Below, piece after piece: positions 10,089 through 19,794 of a stretch of DNA of 64,000 nucleotides. Position numbers and translations under genes: made by a program. The first letter of the stretch is position 1. Each line of letters starts with the position of its first letter. Source of the DNA: an uncultured virus (IMG/VR IMGVR_UViG_3300036852_000709) (lineage: Duplodnaviria > Heunggongvirae > Uroviricota > Caudoviricetes). The stretch lies in IMG/VR virus record IMGVR_UViG_3300036852_000709; one strand, written 5' to 3'. The notes beneath the pieces are model-generated. The model was not told where the DNA came from. It saw only the letters and a list, made by a program, of their open reading frames with translations, and did not search any database.

Positions 10089-10562
10089 ATGCTAGCCGAA
10101 ACAATCCAGGGCCTAGGAGGCGTAAAAGTCGACCAGGCACCTGTTAAAAACCCCGCATCGCAGGCATCGGCGGACGAGTACAACCGCGTCCTCGAATACG
10201 TGGCGCAGATGTCCCGTACGGTACCGCGCGTGATGGCGTCTTTCCCAACGACGCTTGCCGCCAATCCTGTACTCACCGACCATGCAACGGTCTGGGGTTC
10301 CGGAATTGATCAAACGCCTACCATCGTGCGCACGGGCGCGGGGGTGTATACGGTCACATTTGCCGCCTCGTATCTCGACGGGCTGAACGTGTCCGAGAAC
10401 GTGTCCTTCCTATTCGGTTGGGGCAACGTGGCGGGCGCTACGTTCGCGCATCCGCAGGTCGAGGTCACAAGCGCTGCCGTCCTCACGCTGCGATTGTTCG
10501 ACGCGGCAGGGGTTGCCACGGACGCGGGCGGCGGTGTACTCGTGACGGTGTTCGCGAGGTGA
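10089..10562 (+). CDS. Putative tail/baseplate structural protein
   Basis: 'IVRTGAGVYTVTF' beta motif common in tail-fibre domains; lies between J and gp48. Confidence 0.55.
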   Translation: MLAETIQGLGGVKVDQAPVKNPASQASADEYNRVLEYVAQMSRTVPRVMASFPTTLAANPVLTDHATVWGSGIDQTPTIVRTGAGVYTVTFAASYLDGLNVSENVSFLFGWGNVAGATFAHPQVEVTSAAVLTLRLFDAAGVATDAGGGVLVTVFAR

Positions 10563-11221
10563 GTTCATTCGGCGCATTCGGCGGGTTCCCGTTCACGCTC
10601 GGCGGGGATGACGAAGCGGAGGAGGTCGCGTACCACGCGCTGCTCAGCCGGCTCGAGCCCGCGTACGATTCTCAGGACGCGTTCATCCAAGGCGAGGTTG
10701 CCGCGCATGCCGCCGTTGTGCGCATCGCGTGGGACGTCAGTGCGCGGCTCAGGAATCAGGTCGTCCCCGAACGGATGATGGAGGCCCTGCCAGATTGGGA
10801 GCAAGCCCTCTATCTTCGCCCAACGCCAGAGCAGACGGACTACGAGCGGCGCGCGGCCGTCGCCGCGAAACTCCGCGGAGTGCCGAACAACGCGTTGGCA
10901 GACATCGAGGAGGCCATGGTCAAACTCCTCGGCAACACCTTCGTGGCTCTCAAGGTCGTGGCGCCAGCGGACGAGATTGTCTTCTGGCCTGGGGTCAACC
11001 CTGGACCGCCTGGATTCGAGTGGTCGTCCAATCGGCGAATTGTCGCCGTCCAGTTGACCAAGGCGGGCACGCCGGATGACGCGCTCTTCGCGCGCAAGAT
11101 GGCAGCGGCGAAGGCCTTGCTCGGGAGTATGCTGCCAGCAGACATGCTCGGAGTGACGCAAGTCGGTTTGGGCGCGATCTATGACATTGCGATATACGAT
11201 GAGGATTTCTACGGGCCATGA
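10559..11221 (+). CDS. Baseplate protein, Mu gp48 / YmfQ (DUF2313)-like
   Basis: 'P....EALPDWEQAL.L......YERRAAVAAKLR' and 'LPA' near the C-terminus; GTG start overlaps the upstream stop. Confidence 0.8.
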   Translation: MSSFGAFGGFPFTLGGDDEAEEVAYHALLSRLEPAYDSQDAFIQGEVAAHAAVVRIAWDVSARLRNQVVPERMMEALPDWEQALYLRPTPEQTDYERRAAVAAKLRGVPNNALADIEEAMVKLLGNTFVALKVVAPADEIVFWPGVNPGPPGFEWSSNRRIVAVQLTKAGTPDDALFARKMAAAKALLGSMLPADMLGVTQVGLGAIYDIAIYDEDFYGP

Positions 11222-11230
11222 CGTCGACCA

Positions 11231-11258
11231 TTGACAGTACAAGCCTAGTGGTTATCTG
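11231..11258 (+). promoter_or_regulatory. Promoter TTGACA-N16-TATCTG upstream of the methyltransferase
   Basis: Perfect -35; GTGGT precedes the -10; ATG 7 nt downstream. Confidence 0.6.
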
Positions 11259-11265
11259 ACGTAGA

Positions 11266-12621
11266 ATGGACGACGCGTTCCCCACGTGGGACTATTGCAA
11301 TCCGAAGCGGATGCCTTACCCGTATTTCGGGGGCAAGTGGACGATCGCTGATAAGGTGTGGGCCGCGCTTGGTGACGTGCCGAATTACGTCGAGCATTTC
11401 TGCGGCAAGGCGGATGTCCTCATGGCCCGGCCGCACGCCGGCAAGGTCGAGACGATCAACGACGTTAATGGCTTCGTCACGAACGCGCATCGGGCAATAA
11501 AGTACGCCGCGGAGGCCGTAGCCGACGTGTGCGATTGGCCGGTAGCGGAACTTGATTTGCACGCGCGGCATCGGAGTCTCATAAGGCAAGCACGCGAGAC
11601 AGATCTTATCGAGCGACTGCGGCAAGACGAGACGTTCTATGACGCCGATGTCGCCGGCAAGTGGATATGGGGCGGGTGTTGCTGGATTGGGAGCGGGTGG
11701 TGTGACGTGTCCGCTACATCAGGCAGCGAACAGGTTCCGTTTTTAAACAGGCCTGGCCAAGGGATCCACCAGGCGGCGCTCCGAGAGCCATCCGATCGCA
11801 TGCCAGAGATCGGCGGTTGGACTGTGCATGGCCGAGGCAATCCCCGCCTTGGCAAGGGTGTCCACGGCGAGACGTTCCGCGAGCCGAGTCCCCAAATACC
11901 GTTCATCGGGAACGGCGGACGGAGCATTCCCAGCGGTGGTGTTTTGCGTCCCCCCAGCGATCAACTGCCGTCGCTCGGTGGCACCAACGAGATCGGGCGC
12001 GGTGTACACAGTGGCGTGATGCGCGATCAACTGCCGCATCTTGCTGGTGGTGGTGGCACGGGGGTTGGTTATGGGCGCGGCGTGCATTCATCAATCGCGC
12101 GGGATGCTGGTAGCCACAAGATCCCAGATCTGTACAACGGCTCAGGGCGAGGGGCAACATCGACCGATGTGCGCCATAACCTCCATGATTACTTCCGCGC
12201 GCTCGCCCAAAGACTGCGCTACGTCCGCATTGTGTGCGGCGACTGGAAGCGACTGCGTTCGTATTCGGCGCTGACGGCACATGGGCTCACGGGCTGTTTC
12301 CTCGACCCGCCTTATAAAGGTTATGAAGATGTTTACGGCGCAGGCTCGGGCAACGTATCCGCCGAGGTCTCCGAGTGGTGCCGCGAGGTTGGCAACGACC
12401 CGATGATGCGCATCGTGCTTGCTGGATATGAAGGCGAGCATGACCTCCCAGGTTGGCGGTGTATCCCGTGGAAAGCGCGCGGTGGGTATTCGTCGATCGC
12501 GAAGGGTGGCAGCAACGGGAACGAGCATCGCGAGCGGCTGTGGTTGTCTCCGCATTGCCTCGATCCTGACGCCGCGAAGATTGCGCCGGCACAGGCTTCA
12601 TTGTTTGAGGACGTGGCGTGA
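11266..12621 (+). CDS. DNA adenine methyltransferase (D12 / Dam class) with a Gly-rich repeat insertion
   Basis: 'PYFGGK', 'YVEHFCG', 'ETINDVNG', catalytic 'FLDPPY', 'ERLWLSPHC'. Confidence 0.88.
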   Translation: MDDAFPTWDYCNPKRMPYPYFGGKWTIADKVWAALGDVPNYVEHFCGKADVLMARPHAGKVETINDVNGFVTNAHRAIKYAAEAVADVCDWPVAELDLHARHRSLIRQARETDLIERLRQDETFYDADVAGKWIWGGCCWIGSGWCDVSATSGSEQVPFLNRPGQGIHQAALREPSDRMPEIGGWTVHGRGNPRLGKGVHGETFREPSPQIPFIGNGGRSIPSGGVLRPPSDQLPSLGGTNEIGRGVHSGVMRDQLPHLAGGGGTGVGYGRGVHSSIARDAGSHKIPDLYNGSGRGATSTDVRHNLHDYFRALAQRLRYVRIVCGDWKRLRSYSALTAHGLTGCFLDPPYKGYEDVYGAGSGNVSAEVSEWCREVGNDPMMRIVLAGYEGEHDLPGWRCIPWKARGGYSSIAKGGSNGNEHRERLWLSPHCLDPDAAKIAPAQASLFEDVA

Positions 12622-13106
12622 TCGCTGACACCGCGAGGCACGGGCAGCGGTCACTCATCGGTCAACACGCGTCCGCTTCCGCCGAATGGTGGAGCCCGCC
12701 GGAGATTGTCGATCCTGCGCGCGCGGTCTTTGGAGACTTCGGCCTCGACCCGGCATCCTGCGCGGAGGCTAACGTATACATTCGCGCACGGCGAATATAC
12801 ACCGCGTCGGACGACGGGCTCCGCCGTGGATGGGACGCTGATGCCGTGTGGTGTAATTCGCCATCCAAGCGCGGTGAGGAAAGCGCTGCGCGCGTTGAGT
12901 TCCGCGATAGGGTGAGATATCTTCGCGCGCCTGTGTCGCTGGGTCTGCCATCCGTTGACGGCGCTCATGCGGAGCGAGGCGATGCGCCGCCGCACGGAAG
13001 TGCTATCCTATTGCTGACGGATAACTCGGTAGAACGGAGAGCGTTCGCCGATGCCTACGCGCATCTTGGCGACGCGTTGCTACCGTACAATCCGCCGCAT
13101 AGATAG
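12618..13106 (+). pseudogene. Phage N6-adenine methyltransferase, degenerate or internally deleted
   Basis: 'EWWSPPEIVD.AR.VFG...LDPASCAEAN...DGL...W...VWCN' but NPPY is replaced by NSPS and the central part appears short. Confidence 0.55.
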
Positions 13107-13123
13107 TTGATCGGAGGGGCGCG

Positions 13124-15412
13124 ATGATTCGTAAACCATGGCTTATTGGGCTCGTCGCGGGCGCAGCGCTCACTGTGGTCACGTGCTCCGCGGCTACGTC
13201 GCTCGCTGCACCGTTGAAGGAGCGCGCTATGGTAGCTCCAACGCCGGCTATCTCACGTGCCTCCCATGTCAGCTCGTCATGGATCGAGATCACTCTGCCC
13301 GAAGACGCCTTCGATGAAGGCAATGTCAAGGATGTCGCGCGCTACGCCATTACGAGCACCAACGACGCCGACTTTACGGTAGCCGTTACGCCAATCGAAG
13401 TCCACCGCAGGTACTTCCCCGAGTCCGCCCCATACGACAAACTCGGAAGCGACCCGTGCAAGATCGTTGTCGCCTACCGGATCTTCCTGAAGCTGCCAGC
13501 CGCAAAGAAACTCAAGGATGGCAAGGCGTACAAGGTGACGGTCGACGCTGCCGTTGGCATCGCGGGGCCGTACACGTTCCAGTTTAATGGTGCTGCGCCG
13601 AACGATGCGGTCCATGCAAACCAGGTCGCCTACCTCCACGACGGCCCAAAGATCGCCTACCTCTCGGCGTGGACTGGCGAAGGCTCGGTCGACTTCGGCG
13701 GGATACCAAAGTTCAAGCTCGTCAGCATGGCGACCGGTCAGCCTGTGTTCGAGGGCCCCATTCACCTGGATGTGCTCGCCGCGAATGAGCCATGGTCAAA
13801 GAGCAACGTCTACTCGATGGACTTCTCGACGTTCGTGGCGGAGGGCACGTACCGGGTCTACGTTCCTACCGTCGGTTCATCTCGCCCGTTCGCGATCACG
13901 AAGCAGGCTTACAACACGATCGGGTATACTCTCATCCGCGGGCTCTCAATGCAACGCGATGGGGCGCACGGGCTCAACAGCCCCAGCGTGACGCACTGGA
14001 CACGGCCATCGGCGCACCTCGACGACGCGATCGTAGAGAGCACCGGCAAGCGCGCTGGCATCGTGGGCGGGCACATGGACGCGGGGGACAGGGGCAAGTA
14101 CTTTCACAACGTTGGCGACGTCGCGGCTGTGATGCTCACGGCGATGCAACTATTCCCCGTGCATGTCGAGGCGCTCAGCGAGTCGCTCGACCTACCCGAG
14201 TCGCAAAACGGCATGCCCGACTTTATCGATGAGGCTGTCTACGAGCTAGAACTGCTCCGCAAAGCCGTGATGAGCACGCCCAAGGATGGGACGCTGCCGT
14301 TTTACATTCGCCCGCAGAATCAGGACGGCAAGGGTGGCTACGAGATGAATCAGCCCCTCGCCGGCAAGAAGGACCGTAAACTATACGACGCGACGCAGGG
14401 GCCCAATCGATCGGAGACACTGTACGCGGCGGGCGCGCTCGCGATGGCCTACAACAACGCGCTGATCAAGCAGTACTTGCCAGCGGCGAAGTCCGACGCT
14501 TACCTTGCCGCTGCCAAGCGTGCGTTCTCGGGATACGTGAAGCATCGCAATGACGTCGCCTATTGGAAAGACGCGGGCTGGTACGACCCGTGGACGGCTG
14601 GACCGCAACCGTGGGCCGATGAGATGCTGGTCGCGGCGGTGAGCCTCTACCAAGCGACGGGAGACGCTGCATACATCCCGTGGATCAAGGGCGCGCTACC
14701 TGCGAACCTCGCGACGATGAAACATTGGGGCTGGCAGCTCACCGGGCCGTGGCTCCCAGCATTCGTTGCGCTTTACTCCGTCACACGCCCAGGTCTCGAG
14801 GCTGCTATCCCAGGCATCAAGGCAAAGGCGTACGCTGCGATCGTTGATTGGGGCGACTCGACAATGAAGCACGACGGCAAGGTATACCATGCGCCGTTCG
14901 GCTCACCACTCCCGACGCACGTGCAGAAGAACGTCGGATGGTTCTTCACCGGGGAGCAGATCGCATATCCGTTGATGGTGGCGTACGGCGTCACTAAAGA
15001 TGCGAAATACAGAACCGCGCTCATTAAGTCGTGGAATTACCTGCTCGGTACGAACCCGCTGAGCCGGTCATTCATCAGCGGCCTCGGCGATCCACAGCGA
15101 AGTCCGAGGTGGTTCGTGCACGAGATCAGCCACCTTCAGTATATGCTGTTCAAGACGAATCCGCAGACGGGATGGAGCGAGGCGATCCCTGGTATCCCGA
15201 GCGCGGACATTCAAAGCGGCGACTTTGACGGCTTCCTGTCGAACGCGTGGAACACGTCGCGCAAGGCGAAGACCTCCCCAGCGCTCGCCGATTACCCTGC
15301 GCTGTACCGCTACCACGACAGTTGGACAGTGAAGAACGAGTTTACCATCGACCGGCTGACACGCGGCGCGGTCTCGATTATACCGCTGGTCGCACTCCCC
15401 GCCGCACCATGA
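13124..15412 (+). CDS. Glycoside hydrolase family 9 (cellulase-like) with N-terminal Ig-like domain and signal peptide
   Basis: 'VHANQVAY', catalytic 'GGHMDAGDRGKY', 'NYLLGTNP..RSFISGLG', C-terminal 'YHD....NEFTI'. Confidence 0.85.
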   Translation: MIRKPWLIGLVAGAALTVVTCSAATSLAAPLKERAMVAPTPAISRASHVSSSWIEITLPEDAFDEGNVKDVARYAITSTNDADFTVAVTPIEVHRRYFPESAPYDKLGSDPCKIVVAYRIFLKLPAAKKLKDGKAYKVTVDAAVGIAGPYTFQFNGAAPNDAVHANQVAYLHDGPKIAYLSAWTGEGSVDFGGIPKFKLVSMATGQPVFEGPIHLDVLAANEPWSKSNVYSMDFSTFVAEGTYRVYVPTVGSSRPFAITKQAYNTIGYTLIRGLSMQRDGAHGLNSPSVTHWTRPSAHLDDAIVESTGKRAGIVGGHMDAGDRGKYFHNVGDVAAVMLTAMQLFPVHVEALSESLDLPESQNGMPDFIDEAVYELELLRKAVMSTPKDGTLPFYIRPQNQDGKGGYEMNQPLAGKKDRKLYDATQGPNRSETLYAAGALAMAYNNALIKQYLPAAKSDAYLAAAKRAFSGYVKHRNDVAYWKDAGWYDPWTAGPQPWADEMLVAAVSLYQATGDAAYIPWIKGALPANLATMKHWGWQLTGPWLPAFVALYSVTRPGLEAAIPGIKAKAYAAIVDWGDSTMKHDGKVYHAPFGSPLPTHVQKNVGWFFTGEQIAYPLMVAYGVTKDAKYRTALIKSWNYLLGTNPLSRSFISGLGDPQRSPRWFVHEISHLQYMLFKTNPQTGWSEAIPGIPSADIQSGDFDGFLSNAWNTSRKAKTSPALADYPALYRYHDSWTVKNEFTIDRLTRGAVSIIPLVALPAAP

Positions 15413-15598
15413 GGACACCATGAACGACCAACCAGATTCAGACCGCACGCCATTGCCGTACGTGGTTCACGTCATCCCGTCGAGCGACACTAAGTTCGCT
15501 TACGATGATGAGCCTGTGACATTGCGCGACGAGCAATCGCCGCTCACACGCGAGATCCTCGACGTGTGCGATCGTCACTTTCGCGAGTCGTCGTTTTG

Positions 15599-15853
15599 AT
15601 GGCATCCTCAACCACGCTCGAGACATGTTGGTGTTACGAGTGCCTTGACGATCCTTCGATGGGGATGAGCAACCCGGCGACGCAGAGGATGATCGTGTGT
15701 CCCGACTGTGGCAATAAGCGTTGTCCGCGGTCGGATAGCCATAACAATGCCTGCACTGGCTCGAACGAGCCAGGCCAGCGCGGGAGCAGGTACGAGCACG
15801 ACGTGGCGAGCACAAGCACCAAGACGCCTAAGCGGGGTGGTGAGCAATGGTGA
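15599..15853 (+). CDS. Small Cys-rich (Zn-binding) phage protein
   Basis: 'CWCYEC...RMIVCPDCGNKRCP...H..ACTGSNEPGQ.GS.Y'. Confidence 0.6.
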   Translation: MASSTTLETCWCYECLDDPSMGMSNPATQRMIVCPDCGNKRCPRSDSHNNACTGSNEPGQRGSRYEHDVASTSTKTPKRGGEQW

Positions 15854-16362
15854 CTGACAACCAGATGGTTTCGGCTGACGTCAAGGCGGACCTCGCGAGC
15901 CGTGTTCCTCCGCCCGTGGCCGCTGTAGTAGTTCGCCTGTCCGCCGTAATGCGGGACGTGGCGCTCCGGCTCCTCGCTGCCTCGTGTAGGCTCCACAAAC
16001 CAGAGCGCGTCGAGGAAGGCGTCGTCCTGCCCGATGTGCCGTTGCATGAGCGCGTGGACGTCCAGCTACCAGACACGGACGCGCTGCTCTCGTGTGTTCC
16101 GCTCGGCTACATCGCCGCGCCTGGATCGCTAAGCATCTCGAGGCGCTACGTCGTGGCCCCACCGTTAGCCCACGGCGCGAGAACCAAAACCATCCTGTTC
16201 CGCAACGCGAGCGACTTCGATGTGAGGCTCTTCAACGTTGGCTCGAGCAACGATTTCGCCGTCGTATCGCCTGGGGACTACGCCTCGATCGCCTTCGATA
16301 AGACCACCAATCAATGGCTGTGCGGCACGAGCGGGAAGATGGAGACTACGGGCACCCGATAG
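15847..16362 (+). CDS. Hypothetical protein
   Basis: 171-aa ORF coupled to the upstream gene; beta-rich C-terminus. Confidence 0.5.
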   Translation: MVTDNQMVSADVKADLASRVPPPVAAVVVRLSAVMRDVALRLLAASCRLHKPERVEEGVVLPDVPLHERVDVQLPDTDALLSCVPLGYIAAPGSLSISRRYVVAPPLAHGARTKTILFRNASDFDVRLFNVGSSNDFAVVSPGDYASIAFDKTTNQWLCGTSGKMETTGTR

Positions 16363-16777
16363 TGAAGTGCCCCGCTGGACCGTCGTAGGTCATAACGAGC
16401 ATGCGCAAGAAGTCTCGCCCAAGGATCCCATCGTAATCGTTGGCCCCGTTCGGCAATGTCTGAATGGCCATCTGCTTGGCTGACTTCCTCGCGCCGTCTC
16501 CTTCGCCAAACGCGAGTATGCCGGTGAATGTCTGCACATCGACCTTCCCATCAATCCCAAACGCCACGAAGCGATCGGTGTGCGCGAATGGCGTGGTCTG
16601 CTGCGCGATCGTCGGGCGAATCGCGGACATCGTTGCACCAGTGTCGACCAGAAACTTGACCGTCATGGGCTCTGAGAACGAACCGTCCGCTTGCATCGCC
16701 GAGAATTCGACGTCCACAACCACGCCATACTCTTGAAGAGACGCGGCGCCTGGGTACCGATCAGCGACGTCGATCAT
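16346..16777 (-). CDS. Retropepsin-like (clan AA) aspartic protease, copy 1
   Basis: 'FLVDTGATMSAI' and 'GILGRDFL'; GAGG RBS before ATG 16777. Confidence 0.85.
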   Translation of the reverse strand: MIDVADRYPGAASLQEYGVVVDVEFSAMQADGSFSEPMTVKFLVDTGATMSAIRPTIAQQTTPFAHTDRFVAFGIDGKVDVQTFTGILAFGEGDGARKSAKQMAIQTLPNGANDYDGILGRDFLRMLVMTYDGPAGHFTIGCP

Positions 16778-17061
16778 GTCTTCCTCACCACGCGCGGCTC
16801 GACCCTCGTGATCACACATGCCTTGTTGGGACCGACCACGCGCACCCGATCGAACGCGGCCACCATCTCGTCGTCGTAGGTGGCCACGACCTTCCCGTCC
16901 GTGAACATGACCACCTTGCCCGCGTACGCAGGGTCGGCGAGCAGGGCAGGATGTGCATCCACGTAGCGATTGAACTCCTCGTGAAACGCACGCAACTCAG
17001 CCTTGTATTTCGGGCTCGCGGTGGGAAACGTGCTCTCGATTCTTTGGTCAATGCTGTCCAT
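16774..17061 (-). CDS. DUF5678-like small protein, copy 1
   Basis: 'LLADPAYAGKVVMFTDGKVVATYDD...A'; coupled to the protease. Confidence 0.6.
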   Translation of the reverse strand: MDSIDQRIESTFPTASPKYKAELRAFHEEFNRYVDAHPALLADPAYAGKVVMFTDGKVVATYDDEMVAAFDRVRVVGPNKACVITRVEPRVVRKT

Positions 17062-17111
17062 AAATTCTCCGCTCCTTAGATATCACGCCCGCGCAGAACT
17101 GGGCCACTTCG

Positions 17112-17534
17112 CTACGGCATCGTGATCGTGTAACGCCCGTTCGGCCCGTCGTACAAGAGCACCAGCCTGCGCAGCACGTCGCGGCCAATGATGCCGTCGT
17201 AGTCATTCTCTCCGTTGGGAAGAGTATGAATCGTCATCTGCCCGCCGATGGTCTGATCGCCGCAGCGGATAATCCCATAGAACGACGGCACTTTCACCGT
17301 TCCGTCGATGCCCGTCGCTTGCAATTTCTGCTCGTACAGAGGCGGCTTGAGTTGGTCCGCGATCGACGGCCGGATCGCGCACATGGTCGACCCCGTGTCC
17401 ACGAAAAACTTGACCCGCACAACGGGCGATGGTTCACCGTCGATGGGGAATCGTTCCAGATCAAGATCCACTAAGACGCCCGAGTATTGCAGTTCCGACG
17501 CACCTGGTGATCGGTCTGCGAGGACGACGCTCAT
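17112..17534 (-). CDS. Retropepsin-like aspartic protease, copy 2
   Basis: 'FFVDTGSTMCAI' and 'GIIGRDVL'; clear paralogue of copy 1. Confidence 0.85.
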   Translation of the reverse strand: MSVVLADRSPGASELQYSGVLVDLDLERFPIDGEPSPVVRVKFFVDTGSTMCAIRPSIADQLKPPLYEQKLQATGIDGTVKVPSFYGIIRCGDQTIGGQMTIHTLPNGENDYDGIIGRDVLRRLVLLYDGPNGRYTITMP

Positions 17535-17818
17535 ATCTTCACCGGCTCGCCGTCGCCGACTCTTGTGATGACAACCCCGTCGTGTGTTCCAACGACGCGG
17601 ATGACGTCCTCCGCTGCGGAGCAGAAGTCGTCGTAGGTACCGCAGACCTTGCCCCCGTGAAAGATGATGTATTTGCGGGCGAGTTCTGGCTGAGCAGCGA
17701 TCGTCGGATAGGCGTCCACGTACGCGTTCCAGCCCTCGCATCCGGCTCGCAGGTGCGCGCGATACTTGGCGTCCGCGGTTGGGTGCAGCCTGTTAATTCT
17801 CTCTTCAATTGTGTCCAT
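17531..17818 (-). CDS. DUF5678-like small protein, copy 2
   Basis: 95 aa, paralogue of 16774-17061; AGGAGG RBS. Confidence 0.6.
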   Translation of the reverse strand: MDTIEERINRLHPTADAKYRAHLRAGCEGWNAYVDAYPTIAAQPELARKYIIFHGGKVCGTYDDFCSAAEDVIRVVGTHDGVVITRVGDGEPVKI

Positions 17819-18011
17819 AAATCCTCCTGTCCATTCGTATCACGCCCGCGCAATTTGGCCAACTTCCTCCCCATCCACTGAACGCCCGTCGCATTCTTGT
17901 ACAAGCCAGCGTGTGAGTGTGTTATGGGGTGAGCGCGGTGATTGACCGCCAATAAGTGACCCCCGCGAGCCGCCAAGCTCCGGGGGTCTGGAAGCCCGAC
18001 AGGAGGGCCTC

Positions 18012-18992
18012 GTGATCAAGGTAGTTGAGTGCAAGACGTGTGGCAAGGACTTCGAGTGCGAGCCAAAGGCGCACGGACGACCGAGGACGGTTTGCTACCC
18101 ATGCCAGCGGATACGTAAAGCCTACGATCTGTCGACGACGAAACAGTGCATCCAGTGCGGAGGGCCATTCCACCCTCAGTATGGCAACGCAAGTCTATAC
18201 TGCGGGCGAACCTGCTACCTAGAAGCAACGACGAAGTACGCCGAGATCCCGTGCGCTGAATGCGGCACGCCATTTATGCCGAGTGTTATGACGCAGCGGT
18301 ATTGCTCTCGCCGATGCTACTTCGGCGAACACGAGACAAGGGCATGTGAGACGTGCGGCGTTGAGGTGTCACGCGCTGTCGGAGGGTTCCGGTACGAAGG
18401 CGTTTTCTGCGGGCTGCCATGTTATTGGCAGGCGCGGCACGACCGGATAAAGACGATCGGCCCGGAGCCAATGCCTGTGCCTGGCGCCGCGTGGTTGCGT
18501 CTGACAAACGGGTACTTTACTCTAGTGGACGAGGACGTGCTCGGTGCGCTGAAGGACCAAAACTGGGCAGCGCGCCCGTCCTCCGGTCTTATATACGTGA
18601 TTCGATCGGTTGGTAGTGACGAGACACCAGAAGCGCTGCACAGAGTGCTTATGGGCGTCGTGGATCCGAGCGTCGAGGTAGACCACATCAACTGCGACAC
18701 GCTGGACAACAGGCGTTCCAATCTGCGAGCCACGGACGATACCGGCAATGCGATGAACCAGCGCAAAACCAGACGCCGGTCTAGATCAAGGTTCAAAGGC
18801 GTCGGGTGGTTCGCTAAGATCTCGAAGTGGGGCGCGCAAATCACTCACAACGGGTCCAAGCGCTACTTGGGCGTTTTCGTCAACGAAGTTGACGCGGCTC
18901 GAGCCTATGACGCTGAGGCCAGGCTGCATCACGGCGCATTCGCGCGTTTGAATTTTCCGAATCCAGGCGAGCAATCGGCGCTCCGTCTATAG
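18012..18992 (+). CDS. HNH endonuclease with C-terminal AP2 domain and N-terminal CxxC repeats
   Basis: 'VDHINCDTLDNRRSNLR', 'SRFKGV...KW.AQI...YLG.F..E.DAARAYD..AR..HGAFARLNF'; AGGAGG RBS. Confidence 0.9.
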   Translation: MIKVVECKTCGKDFECEPKAHGRPRTVCYPCQRIRKAYDLSTTKQCIQCGGPFHPQYGNASLYCGRTCYLEATTKYAEIPCAECGTPFMPSVMTQRYCSRRCYFGEHETRACETCGVEVSRAVGGFRYEGVFCGLPCYWQARHDRIKTIGPEPMPVPGAAWLRLTNGYFTLVDEDVLGALKDQNWAARPSSGLIYVIRSVGSDETPEALHRVLMGVVDPSVEVDHINCDTLDNRRSNLRATDDTGNAMNQRKTRRRSRSRFKGVGWFAKISKWGAQITHNGSKRYLGVFVNEVDAARAYDAEARLHHGAFARLNFPNPGEQSALRL

Positions 18993-19007
18993 CACCAAAG
19001 GGATCAC

Positions 19008-19790
19008 GTGGCTCTACCTACCTTCGCGCCGGAGACGGCATCGATATCTGTCCTCAGCAGTTCCAAAATGAACACGCTCTATGCGGCGTTGCCTTTGGCG
19101 CTGGATCCCGTCGGAGGTGGTTCTTGGACGACGGCGGCAACCAGCACTGTAAATGGTGCCCATACCTTTACATTTGGCTGCCCGGTCGCGATATCCGGTG
19201 CCGTGAACATGTCCGGCACGGCGTCCGTTACTGGCACGATTCAGACGACAAGCACCGGAACGATCATCATCGTCAACAATTCAGACTTGGAATTGAACGG
19301 CGCGATGCTAGTGGACCCATCCACCGGAACCGTCGAATATGCAACGCCAAAAAGTTTCACGCGGGTGCTCAGCACGCCGATCATTGATGAAGCTGATGGC
19401 ACGTCCAGCCACATCTCACGCTCGATCGGTGTTGGGCAGTTCGGCACCCAGGAGATAGATCTCCCTAACGGTGCCACGATAACCGCGATCACTCTGTTTG
19501 TCGACCCAGACGACGGTGGGAGCCCGGTCACCAAAGTGCAGGCGCAACTAATCCAAAAGCAGATGTCGACGGGGACGCCTGGGGTCCTTGAATCTCTTGT
19601 GGACCCAACGGCGTCCGGCGGTGCATATGACGCGTATCACTCGTTCACAATGACGGTATCGCCGACGCAGGCGCTCGACACCACTTTGTATAAATACTAC
19701 GTGCAATTGAACGGAGAGGACACGTCGGCAGTGTCCTGGCACGGTGCGTCGGTTACGTATACAGTTGGAGAAGTTGATCTAGGCCACTGA
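19008..19790 (+). CDS. Putative tail-fibre / virion structural protein
   Basis: Thr/Gly/Ser-rich beta composition; 'LPNGATIT' motif. Confidence 0.55.
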   Translation: MALPTFAPETASISVLSSSKMNTLYAALPLALDPVGGGSWTTAATSTVNGAHTFTFGCPVAISGAVNMSGTASVTGTIQTTSTGTIIIVNNSDLELNGAMLVDPSTGTVEYATPKSFTRVLSTPIIDEADGTSSHISRSIGVGQFGTQEIDLPNGATITAITLFVDPDDGGSPVTKVQAQLIQKQMSTGTPGVLESLVDPTASGGAYDAYHSFTMTVSPTQALDTTLYKYYVQLNGEDTSAVSWHGASVTYTVGEVDLGH

Positions 19791-19794
19791 CGCG

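Noticed and set aside
1..11221. Stand-alone contractile injection system or tailocin
   Set aside because: Integrase, replication, repressor and many phage early genes in the same window indicate a phage.
17081..17866. Sigma54 promoter in the duplicated upstream element
   Set aside because: GG-to-GC spacing is not the required 10 nt in either copy.
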